A stretch of 64,000 nucleotides of DNA from an uncultured Chloroflexia bacterium (GCA_963751345.1 CAVVUS010000018.1:96001-160000); one strand, 5' to 3'; shown: positions 10,228-20,797, numbered from the stretch's first letter. Numbers and translations: made by a program. The notes: generated from the letters alone by a model not told the origin.

Positions 10228-10306
10228 AGCTGCTATCTCCACACGCTGTGATTTCCTTCGTAAGTCTCCGGCGGGCGAATAATGAAGGTTTACGTGAAAT
10301 AATTGC

Positions 10307-10335
10307 ATTTTAACACTTCATATCCGTTTTGTCAA
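10307..10335 (-). promoter_or_regulatory. Sigma70-type promoter of the SufR-like regulator
   Basis: Minus strand TTGACA-N17-TAAAAT. Confidence 0.7.
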
Positions 10336-10437
10336 ATGCTCATATGCTTATTCGCGCGGATTGCCTGGGGATGGCATTCATGGCTTGATAGCATAAACGT
10401 CGGGCGATGCGCAATCACTGGTGTTTCATTAAGGGTG

Positions 10438-10446
10438 TGCTATAAT
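10438..10446 (+). promoter_or_regulatory. Extended -10 promoter for tig
   Basis: TGcTATAAT about 30 nt before the GTG start, followed by a ggagg RBS. Confidence 0.55.
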
Positions 10447-10475
10447 CAGCGTGATCTACGATCGGAGGTATGTAA

Positions 10476-11831
10476 GTGTTCGAAGTTAAAAAGGAACTTC
10501 TCGATTCTCATGAGGCGCTCCTCGACGTGGTCTTTGAGGAGGAGACGGTGGACGGAGCAAAGCAACGCGCCGCTCGCAAGATCTCCCGCGAGATCAACAT
10601 CCCCGGGTTTCGCAAGGGGCGAGCTCCTTATTCCAAGGTTCAGCAATTTGTAGGCGAGTCCAGCATCATGCAGGAAGCGGCTGAGATGCTGGTTGATGAG
10701 ACCTACCCACAGATTCTCGAACAAGCGGAGGTCGATCCCTACGGCCCCGGCGAATTTGTTGACATGCAGGCCTCGCCCTTGACCCTCAAGATCAGGGTGC
10801 CCCTGCAGCCCGATGTAGACCTCGATGACTACCTGAGCATTCGTGAGACGTGGGAAAAGCCGACGGTCTCCGATGAAGAGGTACAACAGGTTCTCGCTCA
10901 GCTTCGCGAGGAGCATGCGGTTCTCGAGCCCGTCGATCGAGCCGCTGAGCTCGGGGATCAGGTGTTGGCTAACGTCAAAGCCCTTACCGGAGATGATGTA
11001 ATCGTCGATGAAGACGATATTGAGGTCGTACTCCTGGAAGAGCGCCCCTTCCTTTCTCCGGCGTTTGTTGATGCCCTGGTAGGTATGAAGGCTGACGAGA
11101 CGAAGGAATTCCAGCTCGTCATGCCCGATACGATCGACGAACCCTCGCTGCGCGGGGCCGAAGCCGATTTCACGGTCAAGGTCACTCAGGTCTTGGAGCG
11201 CACGCTGCCTGAGCTGGACGATGCGTTGGCGAGCACCACGGGGTCCTTTGAGACGATTGCGGAGCTGGAGCAGGATATCCGGAACCGACTTGCGTCCAGC
11301 AAGGGCGAGCAGGCCGAATCAGCCTACCGGTCAAACCTGGTTACACAGCTCGTCGACCGGGCGACGGTCGCCTATCCTCCCACGTTGGTTGAGGATACGT
11401 TGGATGATATCGTGGAAGAGGCTTCCCAGCGCGTCAAGAGCCAGCGCGACATGCCGTTTGAGGACGCCTTGCGCCTGGACGGCATGACCCTGGAGCAGTT
11501 CCGAGAGCAGATGCGACCGCAGGCCGAGAGCCGTGTCAAGCGGTCCCTCGTGCTCAGCAAGTTTGCAGAGGTCGAGGGGGTCGAGGTCAGCGATGATGAC
11601 GTTGTCCGGGAGTATAGCGACCTGATCCATCGTATGAACTTGTCGGAGCACATGCCTGATCATCAGATCGATATTGATTCCGAGCTCGGTCGCAATCTCC
11701 GTTCCACCGTCCTTGGCCGCAGGGTCGTAGATCGTCTGGCTGAGATCGGACGTGGAGAGCCACAAGAGCCCGAACTCGTGGTCGAGGAAGTCGCCGAAGA
11801 AGCCGACTCCGAGCCGGTGGATGAGGCTTAG
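10476..11831 (+). CDS. tig: Trigger factor
   Basis: IPGFRKGRAP ribosome-binding signature, FKBP-like middle domain, adjacent clpP. Confidence 0.93.
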   Translation: MFEVKKELLDSHEALLDVVFEEETVDGAKQRAARKISREINIPGFRKGRAPYSKVQQFVGESSIMQEAAEMLVDETYPQILEQAEVDPYGPGEFVDMQASPLTLKIRVPLQPDVDLDDYLSIRETWEKPTVSDEEVQQVLAQLREEHAVLEPVDRAAELGDQVLANVKALTGDDVIVDEDDIEVVLLEERPFLSPAFVDALVGMKADETKEFQLVMPDTIDEPSLRGAEADFTVKVTQVLERTLPELDDALASTTGSFETIAELEQDIRNRLASSKGEQAESAYRSNLVTQLVDRATVAYPPTLVEDTLDDIVEEASQRVKSQRDMPFEDALRLDGMTLEQFREQMRPQAESRVKRSLVLSKFAEVEGVEVSDDDVVREYSDLIHRMNLSEHMPDHQIDIDSELGRNLRSTVLGRRVVDRLAEIGRGEPQEPELVVEEVAEEADSEPVDEA

Positions 11832-11966
11832 GTAGGCAAGGTACGAATTGTCAATGATCGAGTCCCGGGTGCCTGACGACCGGGATTGTTCATTGGTATG
11901 TGAATGATCGAGTCCTGGTCCCCGCCGATCGGCGGGGATCGGGCTGTAAAGATTGAGGAGGCATTT

Positions 11967-12554
11967 ATGGCAATCCCTTACGTCATTGAAACGACAGGGC
12001 GTGGGGATCGGATGTATGACATTTACTCCCTGCTGCTTAGGGAACGGATTGTTTTTTTGGGCACTCCTATCAACAGCCAGGTAGCAAATGTGATTGTGGC
12101 CCAGTTGCTCTTCCTCGACCGTGAAGACTCCGAGCGCGACATCTCTCTCTACATCAACTCTCCGGGTGGCGAAATCGCGGCTGGCCTGGCGGTCTACGAC
12201 ACGATGCAACTGATCCAGGCTCCTGTCTCGACCATCGCGGTCGGGATGACAGCCAGTATGGGCACGGTGCTTCTGACAGCAGGGACCAAAGGGCGGCGCT
12301 ATGCTCTTCCCCATGCGACGATTCACGTGCACCAACCCTGGGGCGGGGGCATTCAGGGTCAGGCGTCCGATATCGAGATCGCGGCCAGGGAAATTCTTAG
12401 AAAGCGCGCTTTGCTTAACGAGATCCTCAGGCACCACACAGGTATGGACGAGGAGCAGATAGATACCTTGACCGACCGCGATTTCTACATGACGGCGGAG
12501 CAAGCCATCGAATACGGCATTGTAGACAAGATCCTTGAGCCAATGGAGCGATAG
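11967..12554 (+). CDS. clpP: ATP-dependent Clp protease proteolytic subunit
   Basis: YDIYSLLLRERIVFL, YINSPGG, catalytic ASMG, HQP and DRD. Confidence 0.96.
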   Translation: MAIPYVIETTGRGDRMYDIYSLLLRERIVFLGTPINSQVANVIVAQLLFLDREDSERDISLYINSPGGEIAAGLAVYDTMQLIQAPVSTIAVGMTASMGTVLLTAGTKGRRYALPHATIHVHQPWGGGIQGQASDIEIAAREILRKRALLNEILRHHTGMDEEQIDTLTDRDFYMTAEQAIEYGIVDKILEPMER

Positions 12555-12561
12555 CATCCAC

Positions 12562-12590
12562 TTCGGGGGGGGAGTATATCCCCCCCCGAA
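12562..12590 (+). terminator. Stem-loop after clpP
   Basis: ttcg-G-run / agtatat / C-run-cgaa hairpin just after the stop codon. Confidence 0.55.
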
Positions 12591-12713
12591 TGCTGTAGAA
12601 GACCTGCCTCTATGATCAGGGCAGGTTATCCTCAATGAAGGACTCGTTTTCTACCGAACTGATGATGCCCATCATCATCATAAACCATCTTTGTGAGTGA
12701 GGAGGTTACGAAC

Positions 12714-14840
12714 GTGGATCTAGAAGTGCTGAATGGCCTTTTGCGCCCGAAGTCCATCGCTGTCATTGGGGCTTCAGATACCCCAGGCAAGATCGGCTAC
12801 ACTGTGGTTCGTAGTTTGCTCGAGAGCAAGTACGAGGGCCCAATCTACCCGATCAATCCGAAGGGCGGCGATATCCAGGGGCTCAAGGCCTACGCGTCCG
12901 TGCTGGATGTGCCCGGCGACATCGATGCCGCGGCGGTTGTGATTCCGGCGAAATATGTACCCGAGGTCACGGAGGAGTGCGGGAAGAAGGGCGTCAAGGG
13001 CCTGATCGTGATTGCGTCTGGGTTCAGCGAGGTGGGCCGCCAGGACTTGGAGGAACAGGTCGTGGCAATTGCCCATCAGTACGGCATGCGCGTGCTAGGT
13101 CCGAACATTGTGGGGATCCTCTCGAACTCCGATAAGTGCAACGCTTCCTTCGCTCCGTTCCTGCCTCTGGCAGGAAGCGCAGCACTCGTGTCACAGAGCG
13201 GTGCGTTGCTGATCGCGATGGATGCCTCGACCTACATTCGCCGGGTTGGGTTCGACAGGATGGTCTCCATTGGCAATATGTCGGATGTCAATTTCGCCGA
13301 CCTCGTCGAATGGCTGGACCAGGACGCGGCCACCGGATGTATTTCGCTTTATGTCGAAGGACTCAAGGACGGGCGACGCTTTATGGATAACGCTCGCAAG
13401 GCCAGCAAGCCTATTGTGGCATTGAAGTCGGGTGTCTCCGCACACGGAGCCGCTGCGGCTGCGTCTCACACCGGGTCATTGGCAGGCTCCGAGAAGATCT
13501 ACGACGCCGCCTTCGGCCAGGCCGGTGTGGTGATGGCCTCCGAGCTGAACAACCTCTTCGATCGCACGCTGGCGCTCTCCTTGCAGCCGGCGATGCCGGG
13601 TGACAACCTGCTCATCCTCACCAACGGCGGCGGCGTGGGTGTGTTGGCCACGGACTCGGCTGACCGATATGGCCTGCCGTTGAAGTTCGCCCCTGAGGCC
13701 CTGCAGGTCGAGCTCAAGAAGTATATGCCTTCGTTCGGTTCGGCCAAGAACCCCGTGGACCTTACGGGTATGGCTGATCGCAGTTGGTATGAGAAATCGA
13801 CGCAGTACGCCTTCGCGCATTCGTGGGTCGATGGCCTGGTCGTTCTCTACTGTGAGACGGCCATGACCGATCCACAGGACATCGCTGAGGGGATCAAGGG
13901 TGCGATCGATGCCTCGGGCATCACCGATAAGCCGGTTGCCGTATCCTTCGTCGGAGGCGAACGTTCGGAAGCCGCCATGCGATGGCTCGTGGAGAACGGG
14001 ATTCCCGCCTACAACGAGCCCGACACGGCTGTCAATGCCGTGGCAGCGCTGCGGGAGCATGCCCGAAGCCAGAAGCTGGCGGCGGAGACTTTCGAGCGGT
14101 TTGAAGGTGTTGACGAGGCAAAGGCGCGGGCGATCATCGCGCAAGTCCGTGCTGAGGGCGACCGGAATGTCACTGAGATGGAATCGAAGATGGTCTTCAC
14201 CGCCTATGGCCTGCCCGTCGCGACATCGAAGCAGGCGACAAGCGCGGATGAGGCCGTCAACCTCGCTAACGAGATTGGCTATCCCGTTGTGATGAAAATC
14301 CTCTCGCCCGATATCCTTCACAAATCGGACGCCGGCGGTGTCAAGGTGAACATCGAGTCTGATGCGGAAGCCCGAGAGGCCTTCAGTACCATCATGGAGA
14401 ACGCCAAGGCTTACAACGCCGACGCCGACATCCATGGTGTGGTCGTCCAGGAGATGGCCCCATGGGGCACCGAGGTGATCCTGGGCTCCGTCAACGATGC
14501 GACATTTGGACCGACCGTGATGTTCGGTTTGGGCGGCATCTTCGTGGAGATCTTGAAGGACGTGACCTTCCGCGTGGCTCCTGTGGCGACAGACCAGGCT
14601 TTCACGATGTTCTCGGAGATCAATGGTGCGCCGATCTTGGACGGAGCTCGTGGCGAGGCGCCACGGGATCGCCGTGCGTTGGCCGAGGTCCTGAGTCGGT
14701 ATTCGCAGATGGTCTGTGATCTGGCCGATGAGATCCAGGAGACCGATGCGAACCCTGTGATCGTCTACGAGGAGGGTCAAGGTGTGTGCATCGTGGACGC
14801 ACGCATCATCCTCAAGGATAAGAAGGGATCGGCCGACTAG
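12714..14840 (+). CDS. Acetate/acyl-CoA ligase (ADP-forming), fused alpha-beta
   Basis: PKSIAVIGAS CoA-binding domain, phospho-His motif SHTGSLAG, NPVDL, ATP-grasp HKSDAGGV. Confidence 0.9.
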   Translation: MDLEVLNGLLRPKSIAVIGASDTPGKIGYTVVRSLLESKYEGPIYPINPKGGDIQGLKAYASVLDVPGDIDAAAVVIPAKYVPEVTEECGKKGVKGLIVIASGFSEVGRQDLEEQVVAIAHQYGMRVLGPNIVGILSNSDKCNASFAPFLPLAGSAALVSQSGALLIAMDASTYIRRVGFDRMVSIGNMSDVNFADLVEWLDQDAATGCISLYVEGLKDGRRFMDNARKASKPIVALKSGVSAHGAAAAASHTGSLAGSEKIYDAAFGQAGVVMASELNNLFDRTLALSLQPAMPGDNLLILTNGGGVGVLATDSADRYGLPLKFAPEALQVELKKYMPSFGSAKNPVDLTGMADRSWYEKSTQYAFAHSWVDGLVVLYCETAMTDPQDIAEGIKGAIDASGITDKPVAVSFVGGERSEAAMRWLVENGIPAYNEPDTAVNAVAALREHARSQKLAAETFERFEGVDEAKARAIIAQVRAEGDRNVTEMESKMVFTAYGLPVATSKQATSADEAVNLANEIGYPVVMKILSPDILHKSDAGGVKVNIESDAEAREAFSTIMENAKAYNADADIHGVVVQEMAPWGTEVILGSVNDATFGPTVMFGLGGIFVEILKDVTFRVAPVATDQAFTMFSEINGAPILDGARGEAPRDRRALAEVLSRYSQMVCDLADEIQETDANPVIVYEEGQGVCIVDARIILKDKKGSAD

Positions 14841-14973
14841 ACCCTGGGTTTAGCGTTCTGGATCTGTGACCGCCCGCGTGTTGTTCGCGAGCGGTCATTT
14901 CATTTCTGGCGAGATATTGGTTGCGGCGGCCATGTTCATCGGTATACTAAGGGAGTAAGGTCCGCCGAGGGAG

Positions 14974-16602
14974 GTGTCTGTGGACTCACGCGATAGTTCT
15001 ATTCCCCTACGCATCCGTGATCTGACGTTTCGATATCGCATTCGAGAGTCTGCGGCTATTCGAGACCTCTCATTGGATCTCCATCCAGGGGAGCTAATGC
15101 TCGTCGCGGGCACCAGTGGGTGCGGCAAGACGACGCTGCTTCGATGTATCAACGGCCTCATCCCGCGGAGCTACCGTGGCGAGATCACCGGTGACATCCA
15201 GATCCTGGGACAGGACAGCCACACGTTGAGCATGGCAACGCTATCTCAGAAGGTAGGCACGCTGCTGCAAGATCCTGAACGTCAGATCGTGGGCAGCTAC
15301 GTTCTCAATGAGGTCGCATTCGGCCTGGAGAACCTCGGGATGCCCCGCGAGCAGATCGTGCAGCGTGTGGACGAGACGCTCGACTACCTTGGGATCCTGA
15401 AGTTGCGCGATCGCGAGACCTTCAGTCTCTCGGGGGGAGAGAAGCAAAAGGTAGCACTGGCTGGGGTGCTGGTGATGCAGCCGCAGATCTTGCTTCTTGA
15501 CGAACCCCTGGCAAGCCTGGACAGTGCCTCGGCCCAGGAGGCACTGGATCTATTCCGGCGTCTGGCCGATGAAGGTGTCTCGATCCTCCTGGTGGAACAC
15601 CGCGTCGAGGACGTGCTGCGTATCGTTCCGGATACGGTGTTGTACCTTCGGGACGGTGAGCAGGCCTACTTCGGCGACTCCAGCGGCATGATGGAAACGA
15701 TGGACTATCACGAGGTAAAACTGCCGGCCCGTGTGGTCTATGAGCGGGCAAAGGCGTTGCCTGCCCCGCGGTTTGAGGTGGGGGTGAAGGCTGATGGAAG
15801 GCAGCCATTGATTGCCTTCGAGCACGTTGGCTTTCGATACGATCCGTCGCTCCCCGAAGTGTTGCACGACGTCGACTTCACCGTCCGCAAGGGCGACATT
15901 GTGGCAATTCTTGGCGCCAACGGGGCAGGGAAGACGACGCTGGTCAAACACGCGCTGGGCTTGCTCAAGCCCACGGATGGGCGTGTCCTGCTGGAGGGAC
16001 GGGAGACCCGCACGATGTCTGTGGCTCAGGCGGCACACACAGTGGGCTACGTTTTCCAGAGCCCCGCGCAGATGCTTTTTGCCCCGACGGTACGCGAGGA
16101 GCTTGCCTTTGGCCCCAGCAATCTGGGATATGACAAAGCCCGGATACAGCGAGATATCCAATGGGCACTTGATGTCGTCAACATGCACGACTATGCCGAT
16201 TCCCCGCCTCTTGCGCTCTCCTTTGGGCAGCAGAAGCGTATCAGCATCGCAGCGGTGCTCGCGATGCGCTCGCGCATCCTGATGATGGATGAGCCGACGG
16301 CAGGTCAGGACTACTGGAACTATACAGCGTTTATGGATGCGATCCTGCAGATGCCGGGCTTCGACGCCGTGATCTTTATCACCCACGACTTGGATCTGGC
16401 CATCAGTTATGCCAATAGGATCGTGTTGGTGAGCGACGGACAGATCGCCGCGGACGGTCCCCCGGATGAAGTGCTGACAGACGAGCATCTGCTGACGCGC
16501 TGTCGTATCGTCCCGACGTCTCTGCTCCGACTCAATGTAGAGTTATTGCCTGAGACCGGCTCCTTTATGCGGGCGGAGATGCTAGCCCACGTCGGCGAAT
16601 GA
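14974..16602 (+). CDS. ECF transporter duplicated ATPase (A-A' fusion)
   Basis: Two Walker A motifs (GTSGCGKTT, GANGAGKTT), LSGGEKQK/LSFGQQKR, QDPERQ and EVAFG. Confidence 0.9.
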   Translation: MSVDSRDSSIPLRIRDLTFRYRIRESAAIRDLSLDLHPGELMLVAGTSGCGKTTLLRCINGLIPRSYRGEITGDIQILGQDSHTLSMATLSQKVGTLLQDPERQIVGSYVLNEVAFGLENLGMPREQIVQRVDETLDYLGILKLRDRETFSLSGGEKQKVALAGVLVMQPQILLLDEPLASLDSASAQEALDLFRRLADEGVSILLVEHRVEDVLRIVPDTVLYLRDGEQAYFGDSSGMMETMDYHEVKLPARVVYERAKALPAPRFEVGVKADGRQPLIAFEHVGFRYDPSLPEVLHDVDFTVRKGDIVAILGANGAGKTTLVKHALGLLKPTDGRVLLEGRETRTMSVAQAAHTVGYVFQSPAQMLFAPTVREELAFGPSNLGYDKARIQRDIQWALDVVNMHDYADSPPLALSFGQQKRISIAAVLAMRSRILMMDEPTAGQDYWNYTAFMDAILQMPGFDAVIFITHDLDLAISYANRIVLVSDGQIAADGPPDEVLTDEHLLTRCRIVPTSLLRLNVELLPETGSFMRAEMLAHVGE

Positions 16603-16722
16603 CCGGATCCGGTTTGCTGAAGGCAGGAAAGGAGGGTGCCCTGGATCAAGTGCTCAATATGCCGCTCTGGTGCTCTTGTGGAAGTGCGTTCATTTGGGTA
16701 TGCTATCAATGAGGAGGTTGTC

Positions 16723-17271
16723 GTGGAGAAGAAGTCACTCTGGGCATTCGGTACGCGTGAAGTCGTCTATGCCGCAATTGGTGCGGCGCTCTACGGTGTC
16801 TTTTCCTTTGTTACGAACTTCATCGGTTTGCCTGCGGCGGGTAACATCACGCTCCGTCCGGCCGTTGCGATCCCGATGTTCTTCGGTGTAGCATTCGGCC
16901 CGATCGTTGGCTTCATCAGCGGATTCCTGGGTAATGTGCTTGGTGACCTATTGTCCGGATTCGGCTTTTGGTGGTACTGGGACCTGGGTAACGGCCTGAT
17001 GGGCTTTATTCCTGGTCTGATCGCTGTTGGGATCGCGTCCTACAAGGCAAGGGGCACGATCATCAAGACCGAGATCCTGGTCGTCCTTGCAGCCGCCGTG
17101 GGCATGATTGTACCCTCGCTGCTGGAGGTCCCACTGGGTGGCATCGACATCAACACGGCGATTGTTGGATATTGGTTCCCCTCGGCGCTCAGCAACGCCA
17201 TCAATGGTTTGATCCTGGTGCCAATCTTGATGGTCGCGTATGACGCGGTCGTCGCAAGATCCGGACGCTAG
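16723..17271 (+). CDS. ECF transporter S (substrate-specific) component
   Basis: REVVYAAIGAALY and FGPIVGFISGFLGNVLGD patterns, ~6 TM, gaggagg RBS, located between the ECF A and T genes. Confidence 0.85.
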   Translation: MEKKSLWAFGTREVVYAAIGAALYGVFSFVTNFIGLPAAGNITLRPAVAIPMFFGVAFGPIVGFISGFLGNVLGDLLSGFGFWWYWDLGNGLMGFIPGLIAVGIASYKARGTIIKTEILVVLAAAVGMIVPSLLEVPLGGIDINTAIVGYWFPSALSNAINGLILVPILMVAYDAVVARSGR

Positions 17272-17333
17272 TGAACTCGATCGGCCGGCCCCGGAGTATA
17301 CCTTGATGGGGCCGGTCGGTTTGGAGAGGAAAT

Positions 17334-18210
17334 ATGCTTGTCACCTGGAAGTACCGTCCTCGGGGCAGTGTTGTGGAAGAGTTCGATCCACGCGCTCGGT
17401 GGATCTTTTCCTTTCTCATTCTTATTGCTCTGACCCAGTTCTGGGATCTCCGTTTCCTGCTCTTTTTTCTGTTTGTCGTCATGGCGCAGTATGCGCTGGC
17501 CCGCGTGACGTGGGCCGAGACTAAGCGGGCCTGGCTCTTTATCCTGATCTTCGTAGTCGGCATTGTGGCGCTGAACACCACTCTTCACCGGGCGTGGGGG
17601 CACGACGGCGGTCTTGCAGGCCGGGCACGTCCTGTGGCGGGCGGAGTGGCGAGTGCTAGGCCTTAGTATTCATCCCACGATCACCGTGGAGCGCGTCTGG
17701 TTCGCGGCGTCCCAGGTTGTGCGGATGTTGTCTATCTCGGGTCTCTTTCTGATTGTTCCGTACACGATGAACCCTCGTCTGTATGGCGCGACGTTTCAGG
17801 CTACGGGGCTCCCCGACCGATTTGCTTTCTCGATGGATCTCGCGTTCCGATTTGTGCCGACGCTGGCGCGGGATTTCAGCACGACACTGGATGCCCAGAA
17901 AGCCCGCGGTTATGAGGTCGAGAAGCTGGCTGGGGGAGTGATCGCTCAGATCCGCAAGATGGCCCCGCTGGTGGTGCCTGTGACGATGAACGCGATCCTG
18001 AGCGGCGAGGATATCACGAATGCTATGGATCTGCGGTGTTTCGGGACGGGTGAGCGGACCTGGGTCCACAAATTGACCTATAGGCGGCGGGACCACGTGC
18101 TGATCGGCGCCAGTATCCTGATCGGCGTGGCCTCCCTGGTGATTCGCTATGGCCTGGGTATCGGGCGCTTCTGGGTGCCCCCGTGGGCCCTGGCCTGGGC
18201 CGGCAGTTGA
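17334..18210 (+). CDS. ECF transporter T (CbiQ-like) component, frameshift near 17590
   Basis: FDPRAR at the N-terminus; LAFRFVPTL, AQKARG and AMDLRCF in the second frame. Confidence 0.82.
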
Positions 18211-18227
18211 GCGGGGTTCGATCTCGC

Positions 18228-19007
18228 ATGGCATGGCAGGATGTTGCCCAGAACCTGAGGATTGTCCGGGAGCGCATGGACGAGGCTGCTTTGCGGGCCG
18301 GCAGAGATCCCGGCGAGATCTCGTTGGTCGCAGTGAGCAAGACTTTTCCGGTCACGGCAGTGGTGGAGGCGATCCGGGCGGGTCAGCGCGCCTTTGGCGA
18401 GAATCGCCCCGAGGAAGGGGCCCGCAAGATTCCCGAGGTGTTGCGTGCTTTGACGCCCGATCTGGTCGGCTCCGGCCGGGAAGCGGCAGCAAACGCTGCT
18501 CTTGTCTGGCATATGATCGGTCACGTGCAGAGTCGAAAGGCCGACCTCGTGGTGGCCCACTTCGATATCGTGCATTCCGTCGACCGGCTGAAGCTCGCGC
18601 AGAGACTAAGCCGGCTCGCGGTGGATGCGGGCCGCGAGATGCCGGTTCTGCTCGAATGCAATGTGACCGGGGAGGCCAGCAAGTATGGCTATGTGGCGGC
18701 AGGGTGGGAGCACGATGCTGACTGCCGGGCGGCCTTACGTTCGGAGGCTGCGGCAGTAGCTGCCCTTCCGGGACTGCGAGTCGAGGGCTTGATGACGGTA
18801 GCCCCTGTCACCGACGATCCCCAGGTGCTGCACAGAGTCTTCGCGTCCTTGCGTAGCTTGCGCGACTATTTGCGGGAGCAGGTACCCCAGGCCAACTGGC
18901 GTGAGCTCTCTATGGGGATGACGGACGACTTCGAGGTAGCTATCGCGGAGGGCGCGACGATAGTCAGGATCGGGCGCGCCATTTTCGGCACACGCAATCA
19001 AGCTTAG
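18228..19007 (+). CDS. yggS: PLP homeostasis protein YggS/PROSC
   Basis: [37 protein letters not shown] and VRIGRAIFG. Confidence 0.93.
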   Translation: MAWQDVAQNLRIVRERMDEAALRAGRDPGEISLVAVSKTFPVTAVVEAIRAGQRAFGENRPEEGARKIPEVLRALTPDLVGSGREAAANAALVWHMIGHVQSRKADLVVAHFDIVHSVDRLKLAQRLSRLAVDAGREMPVLLECNVTGEASKYGYVAAGWEHDADCRAALRSEAAAVAALPGLRVEGLMTVAPVTDDPQVLHRVFASLRSLRDYLREQVPQANWRELSMGMTDDFEVAIAEGATIVRIGRAIFGTRNQA

Positions 19008-19021
19008 GAGTTGGTGGTGAG

Positions 19022-19633
19022 ATGACGATGACAATCGGGTTGGTCATGAGGGTGCTGGATATCCTATTCGGTACCCTGGGGCTGCTGCTCATCGTGCGTG
19101 CCCTGCTTCAGGTTTTCGGGATGCGCTGGAGTCATCCTCTGCTCCAGATCGTCATCAAAGTCACCGATCCCATCATCAACCTTACAAATCGACTGCTGGG
19201 CATTCCCACGTATCGATCAACTTACCGTGCTTACAGCACGCTCCGCTCGGACATCCTCAATGCGGTAGCTGCCCTGGTCGTGCTATGGGCAGCTCGTACT
19301 CTGCTCACCTGGGCACTCCAGTTGGTTGTGCTGATCCCGGTCTGGGTGCTGCAGCCGTTGGGTAGCATCGGAGCGATGTTGCGTTTTGTCCTGGGGCTTC
19401 TTTTTGACCTCTATGGTCTGGCGTTGTTCGTGCGCGTCCTTTTTTCCTGGATCCAGGTTCCCTATTCCAGCAAGGTCACGCGTTTCCTGTGGACGATCAC
19501 CGAGCCCGTGTTGGTCCCGATCCGCCGCGCGCTGCCCGTGTTCTGCGGGCTGGATCTGTCTCCTATCGTCGCCTTTCTATTGCTGCGCCTGTTGCAGCAG
19601 GTCGTGTTCTCGCTGCTTTCGTGGGTCTTCTGA
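19022..19633 (+). CDS. yggT: YggT family membrane protein (two YGGT repeats)
   Basis: VTDPII and ITEPVLVPIRRALP...LDLSPIVA; follows yggS. Confidence 0.85.
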   Translation: MTMTIGLVMRVLDILFGTLGLLLIVRALLQVFGMRWSHPLLQIVIKVTDPIINLTNRLLGIPTYRSTYRAYSTLRSDILNAVAALVVLWAARTLLTWALQLVVLIPVWVLQPLGSIGAMLRFVLGLLFDLYGLALFVRVLFSWIQVPYSSKVTRFLWTITEPVLVPIRRALPVFCGLDLSPIVAFLLLRLLQQVVFSLLSWVF

Positions 19634-20797
19634 AAGCGAAGCCATAAACCGTCTGAGTCGCTTCAGCCCCTCGCGTATCGTCTCCGTATCTGTGGCATAG
19701 GACACCCTGATGTGTGCGTCGGCGCCAAAAGCAATGCCCGGGACGGCGGCGACGCTCTCCTGCTCCAGCAGCCGCCGGCAGAAGGACATAGAGTCCAGCC
19801 CCGTGCTCGCGATGTTGGGGAAGGCATAGAACGCCCCCTGGGGCATCTCGCATGCCACGCCCGGAATCGCCCTCAGACCCTCGACGATCAGGTCCCGTCG
19901 CTTCTGGAAGATCTGCCGCATCGTCTCGACCGAATCTTGCGGCCCCTTGAGGGCCGCGATGGCGCCGTACTGTGCAAAGGTGTTGGCACCTGAGGTGGTA
20001 TGGGATTGCATAGCCGTCGCTGCCTTGATAATGGGCAAGGGAGCGGCAGCATAGCCCAGACGCCATCCTGTGGCCGCGAAGGCCTTGCTGAAGCCATTGC
20101 ACGTGACGGTGAGATTGAAGATCTCCTCTCCAAGACTGCCGATACTGAGGTGTCTGACACCGTTATAGATGAGTTTCTCGTAGATCTCGTCGGCCACAAC
20201 GACGATCTGGCGTGCGACGATGACCTCGGCCAATGCCTCGATTTCCTGTGGCGTATAGACCGCGCCCGTGGGGTTCGATGGCGTGTTCAGGATCAGCAGC
20301 CGCGTCTTGGTCGTGATCGCATGGTCCAATTGTGCGGGCGTGATCTTGAACCCGTGCGCTTGATCTGTATTGATGAAGACCGGATTGGCCCCGACCAGTT
20401 TGACGGCCTCGGGGTAACTGACCCAGGCAGGCGCTGGAATCAATGCCTCGTCTCCGGGATTGAGCACCACAGAAAGCGTGTTATAGAGCGCTTGTTTCCC
20501 GCCGGCGGTCACCAGGACCTGATCGGCCGTGTAAGGGAGCGCGTTCTCCCTTTGCAGTTTCTCGGCAATGCCGGCTCGCAACTCAGGAAGCCCCGCGGTC
20601 GGCGCGTACTTCGTCTTTCCCGCATCCAGGGCATCCTTCGCTGCCTGTCGCATGTACGCCGGAGTGATGAAGTCCGGTTCCCCAACGCTGAAGTCGCATA
20701 CGTCGATCCCCTGCGCTTCCAGCGCTTTGGCCTTGCTGGAGATGGCGAAGGTCATCGAAGGCGAGATGCGGCTGACTCTGTCGGCAAGCTTGATCAC
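19577..20797 (-). CDS. Class I/II PLP-dependent aminotransferase (aspartate aminotransferase-like)
   Basis: GEPDF, NTPSNPTG, DEIYE and SKAFAATGWRLG; GTG start at 20797 after aaggag. Confidence 0.9.
   Translation of the reverse strand: MIKLADRVSRISPSMTFAISSKAKALEAQGIDVCDFSVGEPDFITPAYMRQAAKDALDAGKTKYAPTAGLPELRAGIAEKLQRENALPYTADQVLVTAGGKQALYNTLSVVLNPGDEALIPAPAWVSYPEAVKLVGANPVFINTDQAHGFKITPAQLDHAITTKTRLLILNTPSNPTGAVYTPQEIEALAEVIVARQIVVVADEIYEKLIYNGVRHLSIGSLGEEIFNLTVTCNGFSKAFAATGWRLGYAAAPLPIIKAATAMQSHTTSGANTFAQYGAIAALKGPQDSVETMRQIFQKRRDLIVEGLRAIPGVACEMPQGAFYAFPNIASTGLDSMSFCRRLLEQESVAAVPGIAFGADAHIRVSYATDTETIREGLKRLRRFMASLSEDPRKQREHDLLQQAQQ

Noticed and set aside
10286-10302. parS-like GGTTTACGTGAAATA near parB
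   Set aside because: It needs a deletion plus mismatches relative to TGTTTCACGTGAAACA; too degenerate to call.
4992-14780. Long antisense ORFs (e.g. 4992-6218 +, 11331-12635 -, 13476-14780 -)
   Set aside because: They are shadows of real genes caused by high-GC codon bias, with no recognisable motifs.
16603-16722. Possible riboswitch before the ECF S gene
   Set aside because: No TPP, FMN, SAM, cobalamin or preQ1 consensus could be recognised by eye.
19577-19633. 57-nt convergent overlap of yggT and the aminotransferase
   Set aside because: Short 3' overlaps are common, and an indel near the aminotransferase stop could explain it.
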